Source: Patescibacteria group bacterium (GTDB lineage Bacteria; Patescibacteriota; Minisyncoccia; Phycocordibacterales; PALSA-1337). From it: a stretch of 64,000 nucleotides of DNA. Position numbers and translations under genes: made by a program. The notes under the pieces were generated by a model. The model saw only the letters and a program-made list of their open reading frames with translations. It did no database searches and was not told where the DNA came from. Location of the stretch: the NCBI GenBank assembly GCA_040388415.1, contig JAZKBV010000002.1, forward strand, positions 136,131 through 200,130, read 5' to 3'. This document shows, piece after piece, positions 48,896 to 57,471 of the stretch; the first letter of the stretch is position 1; every line of letters starts with the position of its first letter.

Positions 48896-48994
48896 CTTGC
48901 TTTCTAATTAGATTAAATCGTTTATCTTGACTTGAAATAAGTGCGTTTGATATACTTCTTTTATCTTCCAGATACGTCCACCGAGATTCCCTCC

Positions 48995-49429
48995 TTAACC
49001 GGAGGGAATCGCTTTTATAGGAGTAAGTACCGGACGCATCTCACTCTGAATCGCTACGAATTCTTCATTAGTGATTCTATAAATGAGTCTCAACAACCTT
49101 TTACTGCTTATCGCTCTGGGCTGAGATAATAATAGGGTACGATCACTACCTTTATATTTCATTTTATGAAAATGTTCACCGCCTCTCATTGTAGATGTTA
49201 TTGGTAATGCAAGTAACATATTCTCGTCTTGCTTCTTGAATACAAGAATCGGTCTTTCAAATAATTCATTTTTTCCATCAATTTCGTGTCCAATATTTAT
49301 GCCAAGCATTGCCCACCATACTTCTCCTTCTAGGAAAAAGAAGTCATCTGGTAGTACACGTTTTTCCAACTCCTTTTTCTTGGAATTCCATAGATCAAAA
49401 TCTTTTATATACTTATTTTCTAAATTCAT
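48995..49429 (-). CDS. PemK/MazF-family toxin-like protein (no adjacent antitoxin ORF)
   Basis: GEVWWAMLGINIGHEIDGK...RPILV...LPITS...LLSQPRAISSKRL. Confidence 0.82.
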   Translation of the reverse strand: MNLENKYIKDFDLWNSKKKELEKRVLPDDFFFLEGEVWWAMLGINIGHEIDGKNELFERPILVFKKQDENMLLALPITSTMRGGEHFHKMKYKGSDRTLLLSQPRAISSKRLLRLIYRITNEEFVAIQSEMRPVLTPIKAIPSG

Positions 49430-49497
49430 TCTACCAGCCTAGCAACTGGCAATAAAATTCTGTTCAAAAAGAGTTCAAGAAACGATAAAGTTTTAGT

Positions 49498-49648
49498 TTG
49501 ACCACTTCAGTGTGTCATGCTACTTTTTACCCATGCTTATAAATAAACACATTCAGACGTGGTCAGGGTTTGTTTATGCTTTCTCATTTTCGGGCAGGTA
49601 GGTATTTACGCGTGTAAGTACTAGACCTGCCTTTCGGCAGGTTTTTTT
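49498..49648 (+). promoter_or_regulatory. Promoter + leader-peptide attenuator upstream of folC
   Basis: TTGACC-17-TACTTT with extended TG; leader ORF 49533-49601; antiterminator GGCAGGT..GTATTTAC/GTAAGTAC..ACCTGCC; terminator AGACCTGCC-tttc-GGCAGGTTT+T-run. Confidence 0.7.
49533..49601 (+). CDS. Candidate 22-aa leader peptide
   Basis: MLINKHIQTWSGFVYAFSFSGR*; the stop codon overlaps the antiterminator strand. Confidence 0.6.
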   Translation: MLINKHIQTWSGFVYAFSFSGR

Positions 49649-49680
49649 GTTGTGTCTTATAAATCATAAAATTGAATCCA

Positions 49681-50955
49681 ATGCAGAATTTTGAACGTTA
49701 TCACGAAGCAGTGTCCTTTCTTGAGGGTCTCTCCAATCTACCTATTGAAGGAGATTATATGGTCAAGAGAGATCGTCTCGATGTCTATTTAAAAAAGATG
49801 AGACGTTTTTTAGCGAGATTAGGTAATCCTGATAAGGATATTAAATTTATACATATCACAGGCACGGCAGGCAAGGGCAGTGTTACAAATATGATTCATG
49901 AAATACTCAATATCTTAGGAAAAAACGTCGGGTCGTTCACTTCTCCTTTCGTCACAACTTCTTTGGAGAAAATTAAAGTTAAAGATCTCTATATTTCTCC
50001 AGATGAGTTTGCTGACATTGTCGAATACTTAAAACCTCATATAGATGAAGAGTATCAACATTCTCCTTATGGTCGACCTTCATATTTCGAACTATTTCTT
50101 GCGATTGCGCTCGTTTACTTTAAACGCAAAAAATGTGAGTGGGTCGTACTAGAGGTTGGTTGTGGTGGCAGGTATGATGCTACGAATGTGATTGAAAATC
50201 CTATTATTACTGCAATCACAAACATTGATTATGATCACATGCACATTTTGGGCAATACGCTCAGAGAGATCGCGTATGATAAAGCAGGTATTATTAAAAA
50301 GGGATCACTTTTCTTTACAACTGAAAAGAGAAAACCATTGTTGAAGATATTTACTGATGTATGTAATGAGAGTAAAGTTCCATTGAGCGCAGTTTCTATT
50401 CCTGGTGACTATCAAATGCAAAATATTGCTCTAGTCCGTGCTATCACTGAAAAATTAGACATAAATCATAAATATATTGAGTACGGAATCAATAAGGCGC
50501 GTTTGCAGTGCCGTTTTGAAGTTATGCAGCAAGAGCCGCTCGTTGTTCTCGATGGTGCGCATAATAGGGCAAAGATAAGGAGTACGATAGAGAATTTAAA
50601 AAATCTGAAGTTCCGCAAACTGCATTTAGTGATCGGAATGGCCGATAATAAAGATGGAAATTCTATGCTCGAACAGATCATCCCTATCGCAGACAGTGTT
50701 GCAGTTACTCGGTTTCAGATAAAAGATAGAAAGTGCGCCCACCCCAAAAGGTTATTTGTTGAAGTACGAAGATATCTTCGTAAGGATGTTCCGGTTAGTT
50801 TGACATTAGATCCCGAGATAGCTTTGAAAAGGGCAATGGCAAGAGCCAGAAAAAATGACTTGGTTCTAGTTACCGGTTCGTTCTTTCTGGTCGGTGAATT
50901 GAGAAAGATATGGTTCTCTGAGGATGTGATTTTAAGAGCGAGGAAGAGTTTTTAG
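49681..50955 (+). CDS. folC: Folylpolyglutamate synthase / dihydrofolate synthase
   Basis: IHITGTAGKGS, FTSP, LEVGCGGRYDATN, DHMHILG, KAGIIK, LDGAHN, VTGSFFLVGE. Confidence 0.92.
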   Translation: MQNFERYHEAVSFLEGLSNLPIEGDYMVKRDRLDVYLKKMRRFLARLGNPDKDIKFIHITGTAGKGSVTNMIHEILNILGKNVGSFTSPFVTTSLEKIKVKDLYISPDEFADIVEYLKPHIDEEYQHSPYGRPSYFELFLAIALVYFKRKKCEWVVLEVGCGGRYDATNVIENPIITAITNIDYDHMHILGNTLREIAYDKAGIIKKGSLFFTTEKRKPLLKIFTDVCNESKVPLSAVSIPGDYQMQNIALVRAITEKLDINHKYIEYGINKARLQCRFEVMQQEPLVVLDGAHNRAKIRSTIENLKNLKFRKLHLVIGMADNKDGNSMLEQIIPIADSVAVTRFQIKDRKCAHPKRLFVEVRRYLRKDVPVSLTLDPEIALKRAMARARKNDLVLVTGSFFLVGELRKIWFSEDVILRARKSF

Positions 50956-51120
50956 GTATTATGCAAGCGGTGTTGACTCTCCCTCAACCTTCTGCTAGTA
51001 TCATACCTACCTCAATAAAAGCTCGTTCTGAGGAAGTGATTGGAAGCAAACGCCTAAATTAAGGGCTTTAGCTAACCAATCGAAATTTTCTTTTTAAGAT
51101 AAGTAGAAATAATACAAATC

Positions 51121-51306
51121 ATGGCAACCAAAGCAGTCATTGCACGCTCAAAGAGAACACCGAAGTTTGCTTCGCGTGTTGTTCGTCGTTGTTTCCGTTG
51201 TGGTCGTAAGCACGGTTATATGCGTGATTTTGACCTCTGCCGTATTTGTTTCCGTGAATTCGCCAATGAAGGCATTATCCCAGGCATAAAGAAATCATCA
51301 TGGTAA
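51121..51306 (+). CDS. rpsN: 30S ribosomal protein S14, zinc-binding type
   Basis: RCFRCGR...LCRICFRE...KKSSW; new promoter TTGACT-17-TAGTAT at 50973. Confidence 0.97.
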   Translation: MATKAVIARSKRTPKFASRVVRRCFRCGRKHGYMRDFDLCRICFREFANEGIIPGIKKSSW

Positions 51307-51686
51307 CAGACCCTATTTCAGACCTCATAACACGTATCAAGAACAGCAGTGATGCAAAGAAAGCATCAGTCACTGTCATCGCATCAAAGCTTACAGAGAA
51401 CGTCGCTCATGTCCTCAAGAAGGCAGGCTACATCTCTTCTGTAGACAAGAGCAAGACAAAGCGTGAGCTTGAACTCGGCCTCGTCTACTTTGATGGTGTA
51501 CCACGTATCAACGGCGTTGAGCGTATCTCAAAGCCATCACGCCGTCTTTACCAGAAAGCAGCAGACATCCGCTCATTCCGTAGTGGTTTCGGTAACACCA
51601 TCTTCACTACGTCAAAGGGCATTATGACTGACTCTGATGCAAAGAAGCTTAAACTTGGCGGAGAAATCCTCTTTAAGATTTGGTAA
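51300..51686 (+). CDS. rpsH: 30S ribosomal protein S8
   Basis: [29 protein letters not shown]. Confidence 0.97.
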   Translation: MVTDPISDLITRIKNSSDAKKASVTVIASKLTENVAHVLKKAGYISSVDKSKTKRELELGLVYFDGVPRINGVERISKPSRRLYQKAADIRSFRSGFGNTIFTTSKGIMTDSDAKKLKLGGEILFKIW

Positions 51687-51717
51687 TCTATATATTTAAT
51701 CTGATTTCAATACTACT

Positions 51718-52251
51718 ATGTCAAGAATTGCCAAAAAACCTATAGTTATCCCAGCCAAGACCGAAGTCACTCTCGTTAACGGTGTTTTGACTGTCAAAGG
51801 CCCTCTCGGTGAGCTCAAAAAGAACCTCCGTGATGACGTTTCAGTCACTATTGCAAACAACGAGATCGTTCTTGCAAAGAACCGCAATACTCTCCAGGCA
51901 GCAGCTATGATTGGCACGTACGCTTCACATATCCGCAATATGATTGCTGGTGTTCATAAAGCATATGAAAAGAAGCTTGTTATCGAAGGTATCGGTTACA
52001 AGGCTGACGTAAAGGGCACGAACCTCGTTCTTAACGTTGGTTTCTCTCATCCAGTTACACTTCCTATTCCAGCAGGTCTCAAAGTAACTACAGAAAAGGC
52101 AAACATCATTGTTTCAGGTATCGACTGTGAAGTCGTCGGCCAGTTCGCCGCAGTTACTCGTTCTACAAAGAAGCCTGAGCCATATCTCGGAAAGGGTATC
52201 CGTTACTCTGATGAAGTTATCCGCAGAAAGCAGGGTAAGAAGGCGGCATAA
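51718..52251 (+). CDS. rplF: 50S ribosomal protein L6
   Basis: MSRIAKKP, KGPLGEL, GFSHPV, PEPYLGKGIRY. Confidence 0.98.
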   Translation: MSRIAKKPIVIPAKTEVTLVNGVLTVKGPLGELKKNLRDDVSVTIANNEIVLAKNRNTLQAAAMIGTYASHIRNMIAGVHKAYEKKLVIEGIGYKADVKGTNLVLNVGFSHPVTLPIPAGLKVTTEKANIIVSGIDCEVVGQFAAVTRSTKKPEPYLGKGIRYSDEVIRRKQGKKAA

Positions 52252-52266
52252 ACATAATTTACTTAT

Positions 52267-52620
52267 ATGAAATCAATTATCAAAACTCAAAACAAGAAAT
52301 TTGCTCGCCGTCACGCCCGCACACGTGCCAAGATTAGTGGTACTGCAGAGCGCCCACGTCTTTCAGTTTTCAAGTCTCATCGTTATATCTACGCTCAGAT
52401 CATCGATGATACAAAGGGCAACACTCTCGCTGCTTTCTCATCAAAGGATGTAAAGGCAAAGAGTCCAGCTGACCGTGCAAAGGAAGTTGGTACTGGTATT
52501 GCAAAGAAAGCTCTCGAAGCAAAGATTACCAAGGTTGTCTTTGATCGCGGAGGCTACCTGTATGCCGGTAAGATCAAGATCGTGGCTGATGGTGCTCGCG
52601 AGGGAGGACTTCAATTCTAA
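52267..52620 (+). CDS. rplR: 50S ribosomal protein L18
   Basis: [30 protein letters not shown]. Confidence 0.98.
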   Translation: MKSIIKTQNKKFARRHARTRAKISGTAERPRLSVFKSHRYIYAQIIDDTKGNTLAAFSSKDVKAKSPADRAKEVGTGIAKKALEAKITKVVFDRGGYLYAGKIKIVADGAREGGLQF

Positions 52621-52634
52621 TTTTAATAACTATT

Positions 52635-53333
52635 ATGCAAGACAAAGACACACAGGTTAATACACAAGCTCCAGTAGCGCCAGCGACGGTTGTTCCAGCA
52701 ACAGCTGCTCCTGCTGCTGCAAACAAGGTCACCCCAGGACGCAAGATGCGTGATTCAGCTCGTGCAAGCACACCAGGTGCTCGCAGTAGCAGTGATACTC
52801 GCGGACGTGGTGGACGCACCGGAGGACGTGGCAGTGAGCCTCGTGAGCGTGTCAAACCAGAGTTTGATGCAAAGATGATTGATATCCGCCGTGTTACTCG
52901 TGTGTCATCAGGTGGTCGCCGTTATAGTTTCAGCGTCGCTGTTGTTGCAGGTGACCGCAAGGGTCGCGTCGGTGTTGGTCTCGGCAAAGCAGGTGACACA
53001 TCACTCGCCATCGAAAAGGCTACACGTGAAGCAAAGAAGCATCTCGTCAAGATTCCACTTTCAGCACAGATGACCATCCCTCACGCAACAGAAGCAAAGT
53101 TTGGTAGTGCGCGCATCATGGTATTCCCAGCTCGTGGTAGCGGTATTGTCGCAGGTAGTTCAGCACGTACCGTTATCGAGCTCGCAGGCGTCAAAGATGT
53201 CTGTGCAAAGATTATGTCAGGCTCAAAGAACAAGGTAAACATTGCACGTGCCATCATCCTTGCTTTTGATAACTTGAGCAGGATCAATCGCCGTACTCTC
53301 CAGAATAAGGCACCAAAGGTAGCTGCTAAATAA
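52635..53333 (+). CDS. rpsE: 30S ribosomal protein S5 (long N-terminal extension)
   Basis: RRVTRVSSGGRR, GRVGVGLGK, GSGIVAG. Confidence 0.97.
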   Translation: MQDKDTQVNTQAPVAPATVVPATAAPAAANKVTPGRKMRDSARASTPGARSSSDTRGRGGRTGGRGSEPRERVKPEFDAKMIDIRRVTRVSSGGRRYSFSVAVVAGDRKGRVGVGLGKAGDTSLAIEKATREAKKHLVKIPLSAQMTIPHATEAKFGSARIMVFPARGSGIVAGSSARTVIELAGVKDVCAKIMSGSKNKVNIARAIILAFDNLSRINRRTLQNKAPKVAAK

Positions 53334-53344
53334 CTTTTAATACT

Positions 53345-53950
53345 ATGCAATTCCATCAACTTAAACGAGTCCACAAGAACAAGAAGCGCATGACGGTTGC
53401 CCGTGGTGGCAAGCGCGGAAAGACATCTGGCCGTGGTGGCAAGGGTCAGTCTGCTCGTGCAGGTAACAAGCGCCGTCCAGAATGGCGTGACATCATCAAG
53501 CGTCTTCCAAAGTTGCGCGGTCGTGGCGTCAATCAGAACAAGCCTGTTGAGGAGGCATTCAAAGCTATCAACGTCAGTTTGATCGAAGCGATCTTCAATG
53601 CAGGGGATATGGTTACTCCCACTACTCTCCTTGAAAAAGGCGCAGTTGTTACATTCTCTGGAAACGTTCCTCCTATCAAGATCCTTGGCGATGGCGAGAT
53701 CACAAAGGCAGTCAAAGTCTCAGGTTGTGCTATCTCAGGCAGTGCAAAGGAAAAGATCGAGAAAGCTGGTGGTACGGTTACTCTCATTACTCCAAAGGTA
53801 GTTGTAAAAAATACAGGTGCTGCTGGTATCGTAGGCACACCAAAGGTTGTCGTTGAGCCGAAGAAGGCAGTCAAAAAGGAGAAGGCTCCAAAGGTGGCAA
53901 AAGAAGTAAAAGAAAAGAAGGCTCCTGCAAAGAAAGCAAAGGCTGAATAA
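53345..53950 (+). CDS. rplO: 50S ribosomal protein L15 (Lys/Ala-rich C-terminal extension)
   Basis: GKTSGRGGKGQSAR, RLPKLRG, KILGDG, AKEKIEKAGG. Confidence 0.96.
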   Translation: MQFHQLKRVHKNKKRMTVARGGKRGKTSGRGGKGQSARAGNKRRPEWRDIIKRLPKLRGRGVNQNKPVEEAFKAINVSLIEAIFNAGDMVTPTTLLEKGAVVTFSGNVPPIKILGDGEITKAVKVSGCAISGSAKEKIEKAGGTVTLITPKVVVKNTGAAGIVGTPKVVVEPKKAVKKEKAPKVAKEVKEKKAPAKKAKAE

Positions 53951-53999
53951 TTACGCTATACTGTCTGGGTCCCATTAAGAAGTAAGTAATCGAAATCAT

Positions 54000-55271
54000 A
54001 TGCAAAACTTCTGGCAAAAATTCACAACCGCTCTCAAAGACCCAGTTCTTCGCAAGAGAATTGGTTTCACTGTCGGCGCGCTCGTCGTCTTCCGTCTCTT
54101 GGCGACTATCCCTATACCAGGCGTTGATGTAGCAAATCTTTCGACACTCCTTGCATCAAGTCAGTTTTTTGGTTTTCTTAATATTTTCTCAGGTGGAGGC
54201 CTCTCAAACCTTTCTATTGTCATGCTCGGTGTTGGTCCATTCATCACTGCTTCAATCATCATTCAGCTTATGACTATGATGTTCCCAAAGTGGAAAGCAC
54301 TCATGCACGAAGAGGGTCAGGCTGGACGTATGAAGCTTTCGAACTACTCGCGTCTTCTCTCAGTTCCTCTTGCATTCGTACAGGCATTTGGTTTCATTAT
54401 TCTTCTTGAAAACCAGAACGTTATCGCGCATATCAGTGGCATGAGTTTGCTCATCAACGTTCTTGTTGTTTCAGCGGGTTCTATCCTCCTCATGTGGATC
54501 GGTGAGCTCGTGTCTGAGTTCGGTATCGGTAACGGTGTCTCACTTGTCATCTTTGCCGGTATCGTTTCTCGTTTGCCAAAGGATGCGGTGCAATTTCTTT
54601 CAACATTTGACGCAAGTCAGATCACTGTTTATCTCGCAGTCCTCGCAGTCGCTATCATTGTCGTCGCTGGTGTGGTCTTTGTCACTGAGGCAGAGCGTTC
54701 AGTGCCAGTCACCTATGCAAAGCAGGTACGTGGCAACAAGGTTTACGGCGGCGTTTCAACATATCTCCCTCTCCGCTTGAACCAGGCTGGCGTTATTCCG
54801 ATCATCTTCGCATTGTCTATCCTTTTGTTCCCTCAGATCATCGCCAACTTTCTTTCACACGCTTCAAATGCCGTCGTTGCAGCATACGCAGCTTCATTTG
54901 CGACATTCTTCAATAATGCATGGGTCTATGGCGGTTTCTACTTCGTTCTCGTTGTTCTCTTCACGTATTTCTATACTGCAGTCACGTTCGATCCTACAAT
55001 GATCTCACAGAACCTCCAGCAGGGTGGCGCATTCATCCCTGGTGTTCGTCCAGGAGATCATACTCGTGATTATCTCGCAGCTATCGTCACTCGCATCACT
55101 CTTGTTGGTGCAGTCTTCCTCGGTGTCGTCGCTATCTTGCCACTCACCATGCAACATCTCACTGGTGTTCAGACACTTGCTATCGGCGGTACATCTCTCT
55201 TGATCGTTGTTTCAGTGGTTCTTGATCTCTTGAAGAAGATCGATGCTCAGGTAAGTATGAGGGAGTACTAG
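54000..55271 (+). CDS. secY: Preprotein translocase subunit SecY
   Basis: LGVGPFITASII, GIGNGVSL, NQAGVIPIIFA, IPGVRPG, GGTSLLIVV. Confidence 0.99.
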   Translation: MQNFWQKFTTALKDPVLRKRIGFTVGALVVFRLLATIPIPGVDVANLSTLLASSQFFGFLNIFSGGGLSNLSIVMLGVGPFITASIIIQLMTMMFPKWKALMHEEGQAGRMKLSNYSRLLSVPLAFVQAFGFIILLENQNVIAHISGMSLLINVLVVSAGSILLMWIGELVSEFGIGNGVSLVIFAGIVSRLPKDAVQFLSTFDASQITVYLAVLAVAIIVVAGVVFVTEAERSVPVTYAKQVRGNKVYGGVSTYLPLRLNQAGVIPIIFALSILLFPQIIANFLSHASNAVVAAYAASFATFFNNAWVYGGFYFVLVVLFTYFYTAVTFDPTMISQNLQQGGAFIPGVRPGDHTRDYLAAIVTRITLVGAVFLGVVAILPLTMQHLTGVQTLAIGGTSLLIVVSVVLDLLKKIDAQVSMREY

Positions 55272-55278
55272 TAGGGCA

Positions 55279-55313
55279 CAGGAGAAAGGAGAAGGAAGAA
55301 CGGAGAAAGGAAA
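55279..55313 (+). repeat. Purine-rich tandem 7-mers after secY
   Basis: caggaga aaggaga aggaaga acggaga aaggaaa. Confidence 0.7.
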
Positions 55314-55330
55314 TCGCATAATTCAGATAA

Positions 55331-55361
55331 GAAAAATCCCAACTGAGTGTTGGGATTTTTC
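55331..55361. terminator. Bidirectional terminator
   Basis: GAAAAATCCCAAC-tgagt-GTTGGGATTTTTC. Confidence 0.85.
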
Positions 55362-55376
55362 TTTGCTAGGTCGGAC

Positions 55377-56579
55377 CTAGGAGAGCACTTCAAGCCCCTT
55401 CCGTAATCCCTCCAAAATATCTTTTACATCCTCAAAGCCAACTGACAAACGAAAGAATCCATCAGTGATACCAAGTGATTCGCGAATATTCTTCGGCAGG
55501 CTTTTGTGGCTCATGAGAGGAGGATAGGCGAGGATGGTCTCTGGGCTGGCGAGGCTTTCACCATAAATGATCGGACTATGTTCACGAACTGTATCAACAA
55601 ATTTCTTGAGTTTTTTGAAACCTTGTTCACGCAGCTCAAATGAAACGACGCCGCCAAAACCATTCTCATGTTGTTTTTTGGCTACGGCATGATTTTGATG
55701 GGATACAAGTCCCGGATAATAGACTTTTTTAATCACTTTCTGTTTTTCGAGGAATTGAGCAACTATCAATGCAGTTTCGCTCACTCTCTTCCAGCGAAGC
55801 TCGAGCGTCTTTACCCCTTGGAGCACCCGATAGCACTCGTCAGGAGAGAGAACTGCGCCGAGCGTACGATGAAGAAAATTGATCTGTTCAGCGAGCTTTG
55901 GATTTTTTGTGATGATAGCGCCGCCGAGTATATCATTGTGCCCAGCGATGTATTTACTCAAACTATGGATGACCGTTTCAGCTCCGAACTCAAATACTCT
56001 GGTGGTACACGGAGGAGAGAATGTAGCATCAACGACGAACGGTATACAGGCTTTCTTTGAAACTTTTGCGACGAGCGCAAGGTCGATGATGTGTAGAGAG
56101 GGATTGGTCGGCGTTTCTACAAAGAGGTATTTTGTATTTGATTTGATGCCTTTCCAAATAGATTCTTCTGTAGAAAAATCAACGAAATCGTAAGTAATAC
56201 CAAAACGGGAAAGAAAGCCATCGAGTAATCTAAATGTTCCTCCATATACTTCCTGACAAAGCAGCACATGGTCGCCAGGGGAGAGGGTCAGAAAGAATGC
56301 TGCTTCAGCTGCCAACCCTGAACCAAATACAGTTGCTGTGCCGCCGCCTTCAAGCGCTTCCAATTTCTCTATTAGCTTATCGCGTGTTGGATTTTTACCG
56401 CGCGAGTATTGATATTCGCTCTCTCTGCCAAAGTGCTTTTGGGCAAAGGTTTTTGATCTGACGATGACTGGAGCGACTGCACCCGTCTCTCGGTCTGGTT
56501 CCTCACCAGCGTGGATAGCTAACGTTCCGAACCCGAACTGACTTCCGTGTTTCGAGAAGTCTTTTGTTTTTGTAGACAT
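55377..56579 (-). CDS. Cys/Met metabolism PLP enzyme (cystathionine gamma-synthase/gamma-lyase family)
   Basis: YSRGKNPT, YGGT, ETPTNP, VVDATF, HSLSKYIAGHND (PLP Lys), RLSVGFED; start ATG at 56579. Confidence 0.9.
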   Translation of the reverse strand: MSTKTKDFSKHGSQFGFGTLAIHAGEEPDRETGAVAPVIVRSKTFAQKHFGRESEYQYSRGKNPTRDKLIEKLEALEGGGTATVFGSGLAAEAAFFLTLSPGDHVLLCQEVYGGTFRLLDGFLSRFGITYDFVDFSTEESIWKGIKSNTKYLFVETPTNPSLHIIDLALVAKVSKKACIPFVVDATFSPPCTTRVFEFGAETVIHSLSKYIAGHNDILGGAIITKNPKLAEQINFLHRTLGAVLSPDECYRVLQGVKTLELRWKRVSETALIVAQFLEKQKVIKKVYYPGLVSHQNHAVAKKQHENGFGGVVSFELREQGFKKLKKFVDTVREHSPIIYGESLASPETILAYPPLMSHKSLPKNIRESLGITDGFFRLSVGFEDVKDILEGLRKGLEVLS

Positions 56580-56618
56580 AGTTATATATGTTACATAATA
56601 AATATGGCTTCGAACCAT

Positions 56619-56648
56619 AAAACAAAACGCCTTCCGAAAGGAAAGCGC
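56619..56648 (-). terminator. Riboswitch expression-platform terminator
   Basis: Minus strand GCGCTTTCC-tttc-GGAAGGCG-TTTTGTTTT. Confidence 0.75.
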
Positions 56649-56681
56649 ATACTATTCTTATATCGTTGTAATACGAGATAT

Positions 56682-56777
56682 GCATCTTTCCCTTTCGGGC
56701 TAGATTGAGCACTTACTTCTTTTGAAGAGTTGCTGGTGGGTCATCGAGCTAGTTCTCTCGCCACACTCTGAATAACT
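56682..56777 (-). ncRNA. SAM-I (S-box) family riboswitch
   Basis: Minus strand TTATTCAGAG..GGCGAGAGAACTAGCTCGATGACCCACCAGCAAC...GTGCTCAATCTAG...GAAAGATG; sits upstream of a Met/Cys gene with terminator and antiterminator. Confidence 0.85.
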
Positions 56778-56838
56778 ATTTTGTTGTATGAACATTATAC
56801 TATAGTCTGGTATACTACTTCAACTAATCAATCATCAT

Positions 56839-57432
56839 ATGTCACCACACGCATTTATTTTCGTCGGCAGATCAGGGAGCGGAAAGGGTACTCAAGTATC
56901 TTTGCTTTTAGAAGTGCTCAAACAAAAAGATCCTACACATAAGATTTTTACGGTTGAAACCGGCAAAGAACTCCGTAAATTCATCGAAGGTGATACATTT
57001 ACACAAAAGCTCGCTCATAAGATTCAGGCATCAGGCGGATTTCAGCCATCATTCCTCGCTATCTATAACTGGTCAAAAGTTTTCATTGATACATATGAAC
57101 AGGGTATGCACATGGTCCTCGATGGCACATCGCGCAGGCTCCCTGAGGCGATCGCCCTCGATTCAGTCTTCGATTTTTATGGCATAGCAAAGTGCTGGGT
57201 CGTATATCTTGATATCCATGATGAAGAAGCGACCAATCGTCTCCTTGCTCGTGGCAGGGCTGACGATACGCATGAGGGTATCAAAAACCGCTTGAGTGGT
57301 TTTGAGCAGGACATGAAGCCTTCCATCGAATTTTTCAGAAACAATAAGAGGTATGACTTCCTCGATATAAATGGTATTGGAAAGATAGATGATATCCATG
57401 CTGATATCATCTCGAAGCTTGGTTTAAAATAG
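56839..57432 (+). CDS. adk: Adenylate kinase-family nucleoside monophosphate kinase (short, no LID)
   Basis: GRSGSGKGTQ, TGKELR, LDG, RGRADD; secY-adk-map synteny. Confidence 0.85.
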   Translation: MSPHAFIFVGRSGSGKGTQVSLLLEVLKQKDPTHKIFTVETGKELRKFIEGDTFTQKLAHKIQASGGFQPSFLAIYNWSKVFIDTYEQGMHMVLDGTSRRLPEAIALDSVFDFYGIAKCWVVYLDIHDEEATNRLLARGRADDTHEGIKNRLSGFEQDMKPSIEFFRNNKRYDFLDINGIGKIDDIHADIISKLGLK

Positions 57433-57471
57433 TCATTTGCGGTAGTCCTTATTTCCTAGTAGACTGCCTCT

